DNA from: Lama glama
Taxonomy: Eukaryota
DNA length: 64,000 nt
Reading direction: 5' to 3'
Assembly: GCA_028534125.1 (NCBI GenBank)
Contig: CM052816.1
Location: 93,746,001 to 93,810,000, forward strand
This document shows positions 52,401 to 64,000 of this stretch, in pieces; the first letter of the stretch is position 1, and each line of letters starts with the position of its first letter. The notes beneath the pieces were generated by a model. It ran no database searches. It saw nothing but the letters and a program-made list of their open reading frames with translations, and was not told the DNA's origin. A program made the translations under genes and the position numbers.

Positions 52401-53253
52401 TATTAGCTGATTAGCAAATGATTGGATATAGCTCTGAATTTTAAATGCTTGCTTATCTATTTTTTTCTGTGATTTGGGCAAAAAAGCATAACTCTGAGAA
52501 TTTGTAAGAATAATTTTAATCTTCAGTTCATAAGCAATTATTTAATTGTCTTTTATATCAAATTGTCTACATTCTCTTTAATTACTAAATATATATGACA
52601 TACTCTGTATTGATTTTCAAAATAAACATAATTCAAAACCTTTTTTTCAAAAAATTTTAACTTAACATATAATGAGGTAACATGGAATACAAAAAGAATC
52701 TTTTTTTCCCTAACACTGAAAGGACTATTTCTCTGTTTCTATACTTACAGGAGAAAGTTCAGCCTGATTAATTGAAAAAAAATTTTTGAAAGCCACACAT
52801 AATTCTCAACTCAGTATGATTCATCATCTAAATTTTTATTCCTGCCACTCAGGCCAGACGCGAGGTAGATAATTTAGCATGAATTAACATTCATGTGTAT
52901 TAACAAAATTCACACAATTTCTAATGTACTTGTGTCACTATAATATTTATCAGTTATTTACCAACAATCTATATTCTCTAATTATATAGTAAGAACAGTT
53001 GGGCTGAATTTTATTCCTCCTTTGTCTACTAGTTAAACAAATTATTTGGAGCAACTAATTATTTGGAGCCATTAAAAATGATAAATATACCCTTATAGGC
53101 AGATATGAAACTAGATACAAGATACACTCTTTCGTACCCTAATTTATAGCCTATAATCTTAACTATAGTCAGTTCAAAACAGATTCTATGTATCCATCTA
53201 TCTATAATTCTATTTTAGGTAAAATAGAAAAATAAAGTTATGTATTTGCCTTG

Positions 53254-53272
53254 AGAGAGAGAGAGAGAGAGG
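53254..53272. repeat. (GA)n microsatellite
   Basis: gagagagagagagagagag. Confidence 0.9.
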
Positions 53273-53324
53273 CAGAGAAAAGCGACAGAACTTCTACTTC
53301 ATAAACAAACTTCTAAGTCTCGTC

Positions 53325-54120
53325 TAAAATGGCTCTGCTTTAGACTGAAATCTGCTGGCCTGGACCCAGGCTGTGGGTTTGATTCTGGTTGTGTGTGTTC
53401 ATGGATATTGTATTAATTTCCTTTTGCTGCTCTACCAAATTACCACGAACTTGTTGGATTAAAACATTGCAAAAGTATTATCTCTATGGTCTTAGAAGAC
53501 AGAAGCCCAAAACTTAAGGTGATGACGGGGCTGCACTCCTTCTGGATTCTTTTAGGGAGAGTCCGTTTTCTTGCTTTTCATGATTTGTAAAGTTCACCCA
53601 CATCCCTTGGCTAGTGGCCCCTTCCTTGCATTTCTCCAACCTTTGCTGTTGTCATCCCATGTCTTTTTTCTTCCTCTCTGACTGTCCTGCTTTACTCTGG
53701 TAAAAATCACTGTGATTAGACTAGTCCACCCAAATAATTCAGGTCATCTTCCCATCTCAAGATACATGATCACATCTCGAAAGTCTCTTTTGTCATCGAA
53801 GGTAACATATTCACAGGTTCTGGGGTTTAAGATAAGTATGATGATCATTTAAATATGTTTTATATGAAGGACCATTATTCGGCTTACCTACTGCGACAGT
53901 CCAGGCTACCTCTGAACTCAGTTCCCTGGAAGATGGACCCAAGTGCAAGGAGCGAGCCAAACCAGATGAGTTTATTTAGAGCCTCGGTTTGCATCCCCTG
54001 CAATGACATTCCGTTGGCCACAGGAAACCACGTGGTCCAGCAAAACATCAATGATGGGGGCAAATACCCTTGGCCCAGAGAGACAGAGAGCACACCTCAC
54101 AGAAACATGCTTATTGCCAT
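53325..54120 (-). mobile_element. Older MLT1 LTR (MLT1G/H/I-like) split by an MLT1D-like LTR
   Basis: Flanks ccaggctgtgggtttgattc (left) and aagtgcaaggagcgagccaaacc...gacattccgttggccacaggaaaccacgtggtccagc (right). Confidence 0.6.
53409..53892 (-). mobile_element. MLT1D-like LTR
   Basis: tgtattaatttccttttgctgctctaccaaattaccacgaactt...catcccttggctagtggccccttcc...aaggtaacatattcacaggttctgggg. Confidence 0.88.
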
Positions 54121-56270
54121 CTAAGTTAACCTTGTAGCATGGAACAAAACTGTCTCATTATATAAATACTCAGAAAATAAACTAGCATCGTGCCCCCAGA
54201 ACAATTTGATCATGCTCAAATTTGTTTTAGGGATATATTCACTTCCTTACAGGTAATATTTATGAGAAAATATATTTCTCTTCTTTCTTCTGACTTTTTA
54301 AAATTTTTAAATGTCCTCATTTAAGGGGAGGGTAAACAAAGATGCAAGAAATAAATGCTTCTGCCAAACAGACAGTATACTGTAGACCAAAACATCCTAT
54401 ATGAGGTCAGTAACCTGTGAGCAGACAAGTGAATGAACAGATGTCATGGAAAGGCCTCCAAGTGCCTGTTTCACTTCCTGTGGAATGCTCCATGCATGGG
54501 CCAAAGCATGGGCAGTGCTAATTCGATGTGTGGACTCCTGCACAGACGTCTCACGTTGCACACTGGAATTGTCCTGATGGAAGTCTGTCTTATAATAGGA
54601 AACATTTCCCAGTATTGCTTTAGTATCATTTATGGAGTCCAGCAACTGTAGTTCAAAGTAACATGCTATTCTACAAAGGCTAAAAAGAGATTATATTTAA
54701 GGATGAAATCTAGCCTTTTTATGTAGAGTCAGGCAGCAGATAGTGTCAGATAACTTGAGAAATTAATATTTATCTGATACACTATGGCATTTTCCATTAC
54801 ATGTTTCTGAATAAGATGACTGCAGATATTTGTACATTATAAGGAAGCAGAGCATCAGGACTTCCACGGGGTAGACCAGTGAAACTCATTTTCAGAAAGG
54901 TCATCTTGATGTAGAAACAGCTGTACATGGGAAAATATTGTTACCCAAGCTTATCTTTGGGCACTTAAAATGTAGATTTTCACAAAATAATTTTGCTTCT
55001 AGGATGATACTTCCAGAGCTTAACTAGAGCCAAAATTACTGCTAGTTTTGGCTGTTATGTTCCCACTGGGGCTTTTTGTGGGAATAACACTGTGCTTTTC
55101 CATTGCATTTTAAAAATTTCATGCCCTAAACTGCAACTGCCGTTTCATTTTTTAATAGGTAGGTGGTATTTCCAAAATGAAGACTAATTTACTCTTCATT
55201 TAAAATGAAGAGTAAAAATTTCCCAATTTTCAGATCTAAAAAAGGAAATAAATCAGTTTGAACAATGCTGTTAAATTGAGAGAAATTCAAAATGATATAT
55301 GAAACCTGCTTTTGAAGAAAAATATAATATATTTCTGAATATAAAAGATATCTCACTGTGTCATAAATAAGGCTCAGTAAATAGAAAATTACTGAAATTA
55401 CACAAGGAATAGTCTCTGACTAGCAGCTTTATGTATTTATATTTTTATCATCTGTTTATACATAACATTTCTATAATCACATAGAGGAACACTCATAGAT
55501 TCACCTTGGTTTGCAAACAATGTCCCCCTTAGTGTAATATTGGCAGAAACATACGTTGGGTGCATCACATTTTGATCTGTCATTTGGAATATCTTCTGCA
55601 AGCATAAATTTAAAATTAGCTGTTGCACAATTTAGTTAAGTATGATTTAGTCCAAAAGGAATAAATCCTACTCTTTTTTCTCTGTGTTCCAGTGACGAGT
55701 CAGCATGTTTTCTTAACTAAGGTCAAGCAATATTAATTTTTATTTAAATTTTATTATAGATTAACATATATTTTTCCAACCTGTTAAAAGAACAAGAACA
55801 CAACAAAAAGGAGTTATATTAATATATAAAATTGTGTTCACCTTTTTTCCAAATAATCATGTTCATATTATTATTTGTCTTCTTAAGTAAAGTATATTAT
55901 TTGTATGTATAGTATTTTTATTTATTTTATTTACAAAGGAAATTCAGGTGTATAAACAACAGGTTTTTAATCTTCTAACGTCTCTTAAATTTTGTTTACA
56001 ATAGGAGAGAGATGAGTGTGTGTATATGCAGTACAACAAGGGCCAGTGAAAGAGAAGATTCAAGTTAATGATTAAAGTCAACAATTTAAAAATAAATTCA
56101 ACCAAAGTTTTAAATATTATTTGTATTTAAAACTATAAATATAATGAAAACATAAATTGGCTATAGATCTTGAAGTTATCTTTAAACACCAATAAGTATG
56201 TAAACTGAGGATGTGTACAATGTGAAATGATTAAAAGCAAGTTTCTGGCAATATTGTTCTCACTTTATTT

Positions 56271-56312
56271 TGTGTGTGTGTGTGTGTGTGTGTGCGCGTG
56301 CGCGTGTGTGTG
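56271..56312. repeat. (TG)n/(CG)n alternating purine-pyrimidine microsatellite
   Basis: tgtg...tgcgcgtgcgcgtgtgtgtg. Confidence 0.95.
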
Positions 56313-57386
56313 TCTTAAAACTGTGTGAGATGAGAATCACAATTTTAAAGACTACACATCTCTTGAGTCCACTTGAAAAGAGATTGGTACATTAAAACAT
56401 TGTAAATTCAGGGAAAATACAGAAGGATTTAGATGGCATTGTCATTCCACAATTAGATAATTCATCTTTGTCTACTAAAAGTCGAGAGCAAATAATAATA
56501 AATGAACTTAAAAAATAACTTTGAACTTCCTCACTTTTTAAGTTCATATAAAGATAATAGCAAAACTTTCAGATTATAAAATACTGAGTTCTTTTCCTGT
56601 GATATTTGTCTTCTATTTTTAAGTTCTGCATCTAAAAATTAATGTAATTATTTGAAGATGTCTCAAAAGAAAATATTGATTTGATTAAGAACAGTATCGT
56701 CCATATTTGTTGGACCTGTTTTGTTCTGTTTGTTTTGTTTCTTTTACATGCATTTAGGAATAAGTTGAAATTCTTAGCATTAAAATATTAAATTTTTACT
56801 TAAAACATGAGCCTTTCAGAACTCCTTGTAAGACATATCCCAGGATAAAGAAGAAACATGCAAACGGGTCTTGAGTAGGTGTTGCGGCAGAAGTGACAGG
56901 GAGCAGAGGGAATTCTGGGAATATGGAGCACAGGTCCTGTTTCCATTCTCCTTTCCGGCCAACTCCATGTTGTTGGAATCCCAGAGCCAAGTGGCTCCTG
57001 AGACCCAGGCATCTTGGTGTCCCTGAAGCCATGGTCTTTCTCTGCATCCCAGCAAAGGGGATTTGTCCACAGTTGTCACTCCATGGTCTGAGGAAATCCG
57101 GGGAACAGGGTTAGAAAGGTATGAGCACTGGGAAGAGACTGATGATTCCAGTTTGATAGATTATAACCTCATTCCCATAGAAGTTTTTAATTATCATGTG
57201 TGCTGGAGATTTCTGACCCGGAAAGACCAAGAACGTGATAGTCAAGCTGAGTCTTTCTGCTTGTAGAAATAAAAGCGTTGAAGTTAGCATTCTACATGTT
57301 AGTGTTCTAAACACTGCCATGTGATAGAAAATCATGAAAGATGATACTATACTAACCAGCAGAATATTTATTTTTGCTGTCAATAA

Positions 57387-57491
57387 TAAAACACATTTGC
57401 AACAAATTTAAAATAAGTTGAAAATAAAGAGGCCAGTATTAAAACACATTTGCAACAAATTTAAAATAAGTTGAAAATAAAGAGGCCAGTA
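57387..57491. repeat. Perfect tandem duplication, period 53 bp
   Basis: taaaacacatttgcaacaaatttaaaataagttgaaaataaagaggccagta occurs at 57387 and 57440. Confidence 0.97.
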
Positions 57492-59613
57492 AAGAGACAA
57501 ATTCAAACAGAGAAGGAAGAAGAAACATATCAAACCAAGGGAACAGAGAGTGATCTTATCCAGGAATGATTAAATATGAAAGGTTGAGATGACATTTACA
57601 ACAAAAGTTTGTTGTAGGGAATGTCACCAAGTCGAAGTCTTTTGTTATATTTATTCATTACTATGTGGAAATTATAGAGAGTATTTAAGTGTATAAGAGT
57701 TGTGACAATTGAGGGATATGATTTGAGGAAGAACTCACAGGGTCTACTCACTACTGATTTGCAAACGCTGTCATATGCTGCATCTGTGCCAGGCTCTGTA
57801 CCAGTCTCTGGGAGCTACAGGTGAATACTCAAATCGAAAATGTGCAATTCTCCAAGCCCTAAGTAAGGGAATATTCTGATGTAAAATCAAGAAAATGGTG
57901 CCACAAATTATAGACATCTTTGCAAGTCATTGAAAAAATGTTTATTCTTGGCAATAAATCAAAATTTGGCATATAGAGTAAATGTTGACCTGTGTGTTTA
58001 TATATTCATATGATATCTAATTATAACCAAAAGCTTAATCAAACTTGAATGAACTACAAGGAATCTTAATTCCCCTACCTGCCTCACTGGATATATGAAG
58101 TGAGGCATATTGCAAATATATTATTGTGTGTGTTCATGAAATGCTAGTTGTTTAAGACTGCAAGGTTGCTCTTTCTAATAGTAGGGACATGTGTTCTATG
58201 CATTCTCTGTCATGTATGGACAAAGCTGTCAGGAACAGAGTAGCAGAGAGACAAAGCCATGGCACTGGCTAGAGAGACCCAACCATTGAGCAATTTCCAA
58301 AGAGAAGGATCTTAGAAATGATTTCCAAATAATTGTTGTAACAAGGAAAGCATGTACCTCCTCTTATGTGGTTGGTGGTAGGGTGTCAAACCCTGCCTCC
58401 CACAGACTGCTAATAACTTGATCAAGGAAGCACTAGACACTACGATCAGCCAGATGAAAATCATATGGAGTCACTGCAGACATTTTTTAAAAGGTGGCTT
58501 TTCTAGACCATTAATGATGCTGATTAATTCTAGGAGCTGCAATAATGGTAACCTGTCTCGTGGCCAAGGTGAAGTATTATGAGTTAATGATACTGATGGA
58601 TTCAGGAAGGGTATTAGAAAACACTGAACATCACATTGAAGACACAATACAGAAAATAATACTGTGGCAATGTTACACCTGATTGTGTAATGTAACACTG
58701 CATTTTCAGTGTGCTGAGCTAAATTTCACCCCTGATGTATTGGAAGGTTTTGGAGCATGTGTTACCTAAGAATAGTGAGAGAGAGGACACGTGTGTTTTA
58801 CTCTGTATTTAATAAAGTTCATATATTAGTAAAATTTATTAATTTACATTCTAAATATATGATTTCAAAATTTATTTTTACCACTTGTTAAGTTGTCCTT
58901 ACATATTTCCTCTTCTTCAGGATTTAAATGAGAGGAAAATTAAAGTTGATTTCTTTCTGATTTCTCTTCTTAAACATATATTTTAGTTATCATCTATACT
59001 TGTCATCTAAACAATTGTATGAAAAAAATGTGAAGGGAAGTAGCTGATAAGAAACTATTTTTATGATTTTTTTAAAAAAACAATGAAAACCTAACTGAAA
59101 ATACACATACAAATCTAATGAACTGTAAAATGTTTGGTAACTCATGACAACTTAATTTATTAGTCAGATAAACTACGGTGAGATAAAACCAACTAAACAA
59201 ATAAACAAAAAGTGCCACCCACTCTTGGGCACTTAAAAAGACAAATACTGCTGTCTTACTCAAGGTACATAACCAATGGTGATTATGAAGTTGTACCATT
59301 TCACAATATTTTTCACAATTGTTGTCTTATGAAAATAGAGCATATAAAACAAAGCACTGGCTCCTTAACATTTTTGTCTAGATGAAACATGCCACTCTAG
59401 CCACAGCCTACTGGCCAGTTAGTAGTGTTACAGCACAGCCTACATCTTCGAGGGGACTGAGAAACGTAGGGAAACACATGGTTTCATCAGTAAACATTAT
59501 CAGTCTCTGGTACAGTCTTCCCTCCTGGTCTTCAAATATCCTTTTGCATCTTTCTTCCATACATAGAGCTAACTATATCCTTGCCCCAAACAGCCCCAAA
59601 GCCCCAATCCATC

Positions 59614-59962
59614 TGCTGTGGACAATGTTTGTATCCCCCCAGAATTCATGGATTGAAACTTAATCCCCACTGTGATGGTATTACGAGGTGAGACCTCTGG
59701 GCAGTACTGAGGATCTCCTGAATGGGATTAATGCCCTTACAAAAGAGGCCTGGAGAGAGTTACCTCCCCCTTTTCTCCATGTGAGGACACAGGGAAAAGA
59801 AAGCTGTTCGTGAGCCAGGAAGCTAGTCCTCGCCAGACACCAAATCTGCCAGCACCTTAGACGTGGATTTGCCAGCCTCCTGAACTTTGAGAAATAAATA
59901 TTTGTTGTGTAAACTACCCAGTCTGTTGTGTTTCATTTTAGCAGCTTGACTGGATTAAGATG
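59614..59962 (+). mobile_element. MaLR solo LTR (MLT1A/MST-like) with 5-bp TSD
   Basis: tgctgtggacaatgtttgtatcccccc...tgaatgggattaatgccct...ccagcctcctgaactttgagaaataaat; TSD ccatc at 59609-59613 and 59963-59967. Confidence 0.92.
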
Positions 59963-60105
59963 CCATCACTGTATCCAGATGAATGTCCCGAATTTCTGGT
60001 TCATGCACAGACGTTTCTACACCCTATCTCAAACTTCCTTTTCTTAGTTTGAAGTTTATGAGCTAGTTAATCAAGTTATCTTAACTCTACAGTATGCATG
60101 CAGGT

Positions 60106-60106
<1 letters not shown>

Positions 60107-60145
<39 letters not shown>
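60107..60145. repeat. (CA)n microsatellite
   Basis: Pure CA run of 39 nt. Confidence 0.98.
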
Positions 60146-60147
<2 letters not shown>

Positions 60148-61235
60148 TTTGAAATTGGAAGAAGGGAAGACATAGGGCCACAGTGGTTCTGAAATCAGTT
60201 TTATCAGATCTGGAGATGGTCCACAGTCCTGAAGGCGTGAACGTTCCATGAGGAAGTAGTCATTCAATTCTCTGGAGGAAACACCTGTATCTCTCATTCC
60301 CCATGTTTCTCCACAATCATCTGAATCCTTATGTGGCCGAAGAGCTTCTGCCTACTTATTACCCTCTTTGGTCACACAGGAAGAGCATTATGAGTCAGTC
60401 CACCGTAGATGTCATGCAGTTTTCCCAGCCTGTTTCCTTTTCTAGGGAGATCATTTGCCCAAGGATTGAAACAATAGTTTTTAACCAAGATTTCTGGTTT
60501 CTTAAGCAGTACAATTGTCTCAGAAACATAGGCACCTTTTTACCTATTTAACTTCAGTCATTTCCATGTGTTAGTAACAAAGGACTGCTACTTCAACAAA
60601 TCAGTAATTAAAATTATCAATGATGTAGCAAAGATATGAAAAACCTTCATATCTCTAGTTTATTAAAACAAATGCAAGGTTGTTAGAGCTTAATATGTAT
60701 ACTAACAAATAAAATAAGAGAGGCAGACACTCTTTTTAATGTTTGACTCACAGTAATCTACGACTCCCACTGAACTGATACCATATTTATAATGTTGCAA
60801 TTGGCATAAATGCTATATTAAATATAATTGCCTCAGTTTGATGTTAAAAAATGCCTTGAACTTTTGCATTGTCAGTAAAAGCTGGAAGAAATTCAAATTA
60901 ATATATAATAAAATGAAATGCTTTCAATCATTTACAAGGTAAAACATGAGAGTTATCTGGCCTTCATAAAGGAGTCCTACAGAAAATAATTTTGAAAAAA
61001 ATAGACATAGGAACATTACATTAACAATTTAAAAATGCATAAAATCAATGCAGCTTACACATTTGAGTAGACCATCAGATTAGTTTAGAAAAGCTATTTG
61101 ATTATTTAGTATTTTATGTGGGTTTCTATCTCTTTGTTCTTCTTCCAGTGTGGATTCTTTTGAGGAAAAAAAAGACTCTGCTTCTACTACAACTTAACTT
61201 CTGACTCAAGATACCATGTTTTCTAATGCATAGCC

Positions 61236-61511
61236 TTTTTTTTTTTTTAAGTACAGTCAGTTATAATGTGTTTATTTTTAGTATACAGCACAATGTCCCA
61301 GTCATGCGTATATGTACATATATTTGTTTTCATATTCTTTTTCATTAAAGGTTATTGCAAGATACTGAATATAGTTCCCTGTGCTATATAGAAGAAATTT
61401 GTTTTTTTAATCTGTTTTTATACAGTGACTAACCTTTGCAAATCTCAAAATCTCAAATTCATCCCTTCCTACCACCTCTCCCCCAGTAACCATAAGGTTG
61501 CTTACTATGTC
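61236..61511 (-). mobile_element. Lineage-specific L1 3' end
   Basis: Poly(T), then aagtacagtcagttataatgtg...caagatactgaatatagttccctgtgctata...ccccagtaaccataag, the reverse complement of the 47600-47870 type sequence. Confidence 0.9.
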
Positions 61512-61695
61512 TCCCATACTCTGAAAACTACCACTCTACTCTCTGTTTCTATAAGTTTGGCTTATTTAGATTATACATATATGGAAATCATACAGTGTTT
61601 ATCTTTCTATCTGACTTTATGTTACTTAGCATAATGCCTTCAATGTCCATCCATGTTGTTGCAAATGCAGGATTTCCTTCTTTTTCATGGCTGAC
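61512..61695 (-). mobile_element. L1MA-type 3' UTR/ORF2-end fragment
   Basis: accactctactctctgtttctataagtttgg...acttagcataatgcc...ccatccatgttgttgcaaatgcaggatttccttctttttcatggctga. Confidence 0.85.
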
Positions 61696-61920
61696 CCCTT
61701 CCAGAAATGACATTCCTTCTACCTCCCTTTTTGACTCAGACTTTCCTGTCTTTTTCTTGTACGGAATCTTAGGATTATATTGGGTACACTCAGATAATAT
61801 AGAGTAAGATCAGCATTCTTAACTTAATCACATCTGCCAAGTCCCTTTACCATATAAGGTAACATATTCAGAAGTCCCAGGATTAGGATGGGAACACCTT
61901 TGGAGACCATCATTGTGTCC
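61696..61920 (-). mobile_element. MLT1D/E-like LTR fragment
   Basis: cttaacttaatcacatctgccaagtccctttaccatataaggtaacatattcagaagtcccaggattagga. Confidence 0.8.
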
Positions 61921-61944
61921 TTTACACTGATGTTGCAAATATTA

Positions 61945-62670
61945 CTCCTTTGTCTTTACTTTTCTGGAGTTGATTGTTAAGTGTCTTGGTATGGATTTCT
62001 TTGAAGTTATCTTGTGGGAATTCACTCAGTTTCTTGAGTCTGTAGCTGTATGTGTTTTGTCAAGTAGGAGAATTTCCCAGCCATCATTTTTTTTTTTTTT
62101 GATTAGTTATCCAGTACCACCTCTTTCTTCTCCTTTAATGACTTTGTTGACATGAATATTTGATTTTTTGTTGTAGTCCCACAGGTCTCTGAGACTCTGT
62201 TCATTTTCTGTTTCCATCTGTTTTCTCTCTACTCTTCAGATGGGGTAATTTCTATTGTTTTGTCTTCAAGTTCACTAATTCTTTCCTATGTTCTTTCTAC
62301 TGTGCTGTTGAGCCCATCCACTGGGACCTTTTTCCCCTCTTCTGTTAGAAGATTACTCGGTCATAAAGTTTGATATTCTTTTCTTGTGTCACCTGTTTCT
62401 TTGAGAATCTTTCACCTATTCATTTGTCATAGCTTTCTACATTTGCATTTGTTTCAGGGATTTAATTGCTTATTGAAGTCTTTTTATGATATCTGCTTTA
62501 ACGTTTTAGTAGATAATTCTAACATCTTTGTCATCTTATTATTGGCATATACTTACTGTCACTTGTTCAATTTGAGACCTTCTTGGTTCTTGATGATGAG
62601 CAATTTCTAATTGAAATTTGGGCAATCTGGACATTGCTATAAAACTCTGGATATTATTTCTCACTATCTT
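61945..62670 (-). mobile_element. Old L1 ORF1/5' region fragment
   Basis: gtgtcttggtatggatttctttgaagttatc, gtcccacaggtctctgagactctgttcatt and tcttcaagttcactaattctttcc...ctgttgagcccatcc. Confidence 0.8.
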
Positions 62671-64000
62671 AATTTTTTAAGCCATGTACATGAACAAGTT
62701 TCAATACTTGAATACTGTGTAAGTTCTTGTTTAAACATATAGAGTGATTTATCTACAATCTTACATATATATCAATCATTTTATATTAAAAGACAATATA
62801 TACAATCCGATAGAGAAATATTTTAAAATAAGTGTTTTAAAATTACCTTTTACACATTAATCTATATTCATTTTTGAATTTATATTTTACAACCTGTTAG
62901 TTTATGAAAGAAACAAAAAGAATACAATTTTTCCTAATGGAATGTAAATTGATATTTAATTATGCCGATTGAGTAATTTTTATAAACCTTATACACAAAG
63001 AAATGAGTATCTCATCTTACAAGGATTTAAAAACTTATTGAAATTCATTGGGAGAACTGATTTACTTTTACTATTGGAATTTACATAACCACTTACCATA
63101 ATTACATCCACCTTTTTATGAGGTTCTGTAAAGGAAATAAATCATCCTTTTTGTAAATACCAAGAAACACATAGAGAACATATGATTTCATTTATTTCAT
63201 ACTCTAACAGTTGTGAGAAAAGATCACTTGAACATAATATAATAAATTGTTGCTATTTTAAAAAATAATTGCAAATCTATTATGTAGAAAAACCAAGATG
63301 TTAATTAAGTAGAAAGGTTGAAGTCTATTCTATATTAGAAAATAATAATGATAGTATAGTTGTTATTATGGGGAAATAACTTTTGGTAATTTACATTTAA
63401 CTAGAAAATCATCCATTTTCTCTAGTTTTCAAAATTTTCTCAGTACTATCTTGTAGTTTTGTCTTAAAATTATGTTTTCTTATTTTTATTATGTATACTT
63501 TTGCATACTTTTAAAATTTAGCTTTAATGGGAGCAATTCCTAACAGAAATGGAATTTTTCATAACACAACTATAACTGCTGCATAATATTTCCATGTGTT
63601 GTGTTAGCATTTTTGTATTTTAATTCTCTAATTGTTTGCCTAGAAGACATAATATTTACTGCATAAATATATGTTATATGACTGGATGGATATATGAGAA
63701 GATGAGTGATGGCAAGCCAAAATGTTTGTGAGGAAGAGGTTGGTAGATAAAATAAAAAAAAAAAAAGCTCTCAGAAAAGTAAAAAAAGAAAAATTTATTT
63801 TAAATAAACTTATTTTACTCAAATAAAATAGTAATGCAGGTAGAACACAAAATAAACCCTACAACTCCAATTGTTTGACACATCATTTGTATTGCTTGCA
63901 AAATTTAGGATATTTTAATATATTTCAATGTTTCTGCATTTTCTTAGATAACTTTTAGGAAGCTGAATAGCTGGCTTAAAGCTATGAGATTCTTTAAGGA

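Noticed and set aside
53040..53069. 13-bp direct repeat aattatttggagc
   Set aside because: Small local duplication with no further structure.
57387..57491. CRISPR-like repeat
   Set aside because: Only two abutting copies, no spacers, eukaryotic context.

Overview
AT-rich mammalian non-coding DNA, either a gene desert or a large intron. It is most likely camelid, based on two tRNA-Ala-derived vic-1-like SINEs and four lineage-type L1 3' ends. No intact protein-coding gene, tRNA/rRNA gene or prokaryotic feature is supportable; the ORF track is explained by repeats, low-complexity DNA, N gaps and chance. The window holds layered interspersed repeats: old L1M and L2/MIR fragments, several MaLR (MLT1) LTRs (some nested), MER5/MER58/Tigger-like DNA transposon relics, and a ~2.3 kb decayed ERV-L pro-pol (protease-RT-RNaseH-integrase) segment at ~23.3-25.6 kb. 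There are two 500-N scaffold gaps. The most striking structure is a perfect 57-bp inverted repeat with a 3-nt loop (9056-9172) inside an ancient MLT1 LTR, which can be reconstructed as a recent template-switch inverted duplication. Other candidates are a CpG-retaining promoter/first-exon-like patch in the ERV-L relic, a few orphan exon-like segments, a chimeric L1 junction and a perfect 53-bp tandem duplication. All repeat family names come from recalled consensus sequences, not a database search, and boundaries of old repeats are approximate. I found no convincing new biological system.
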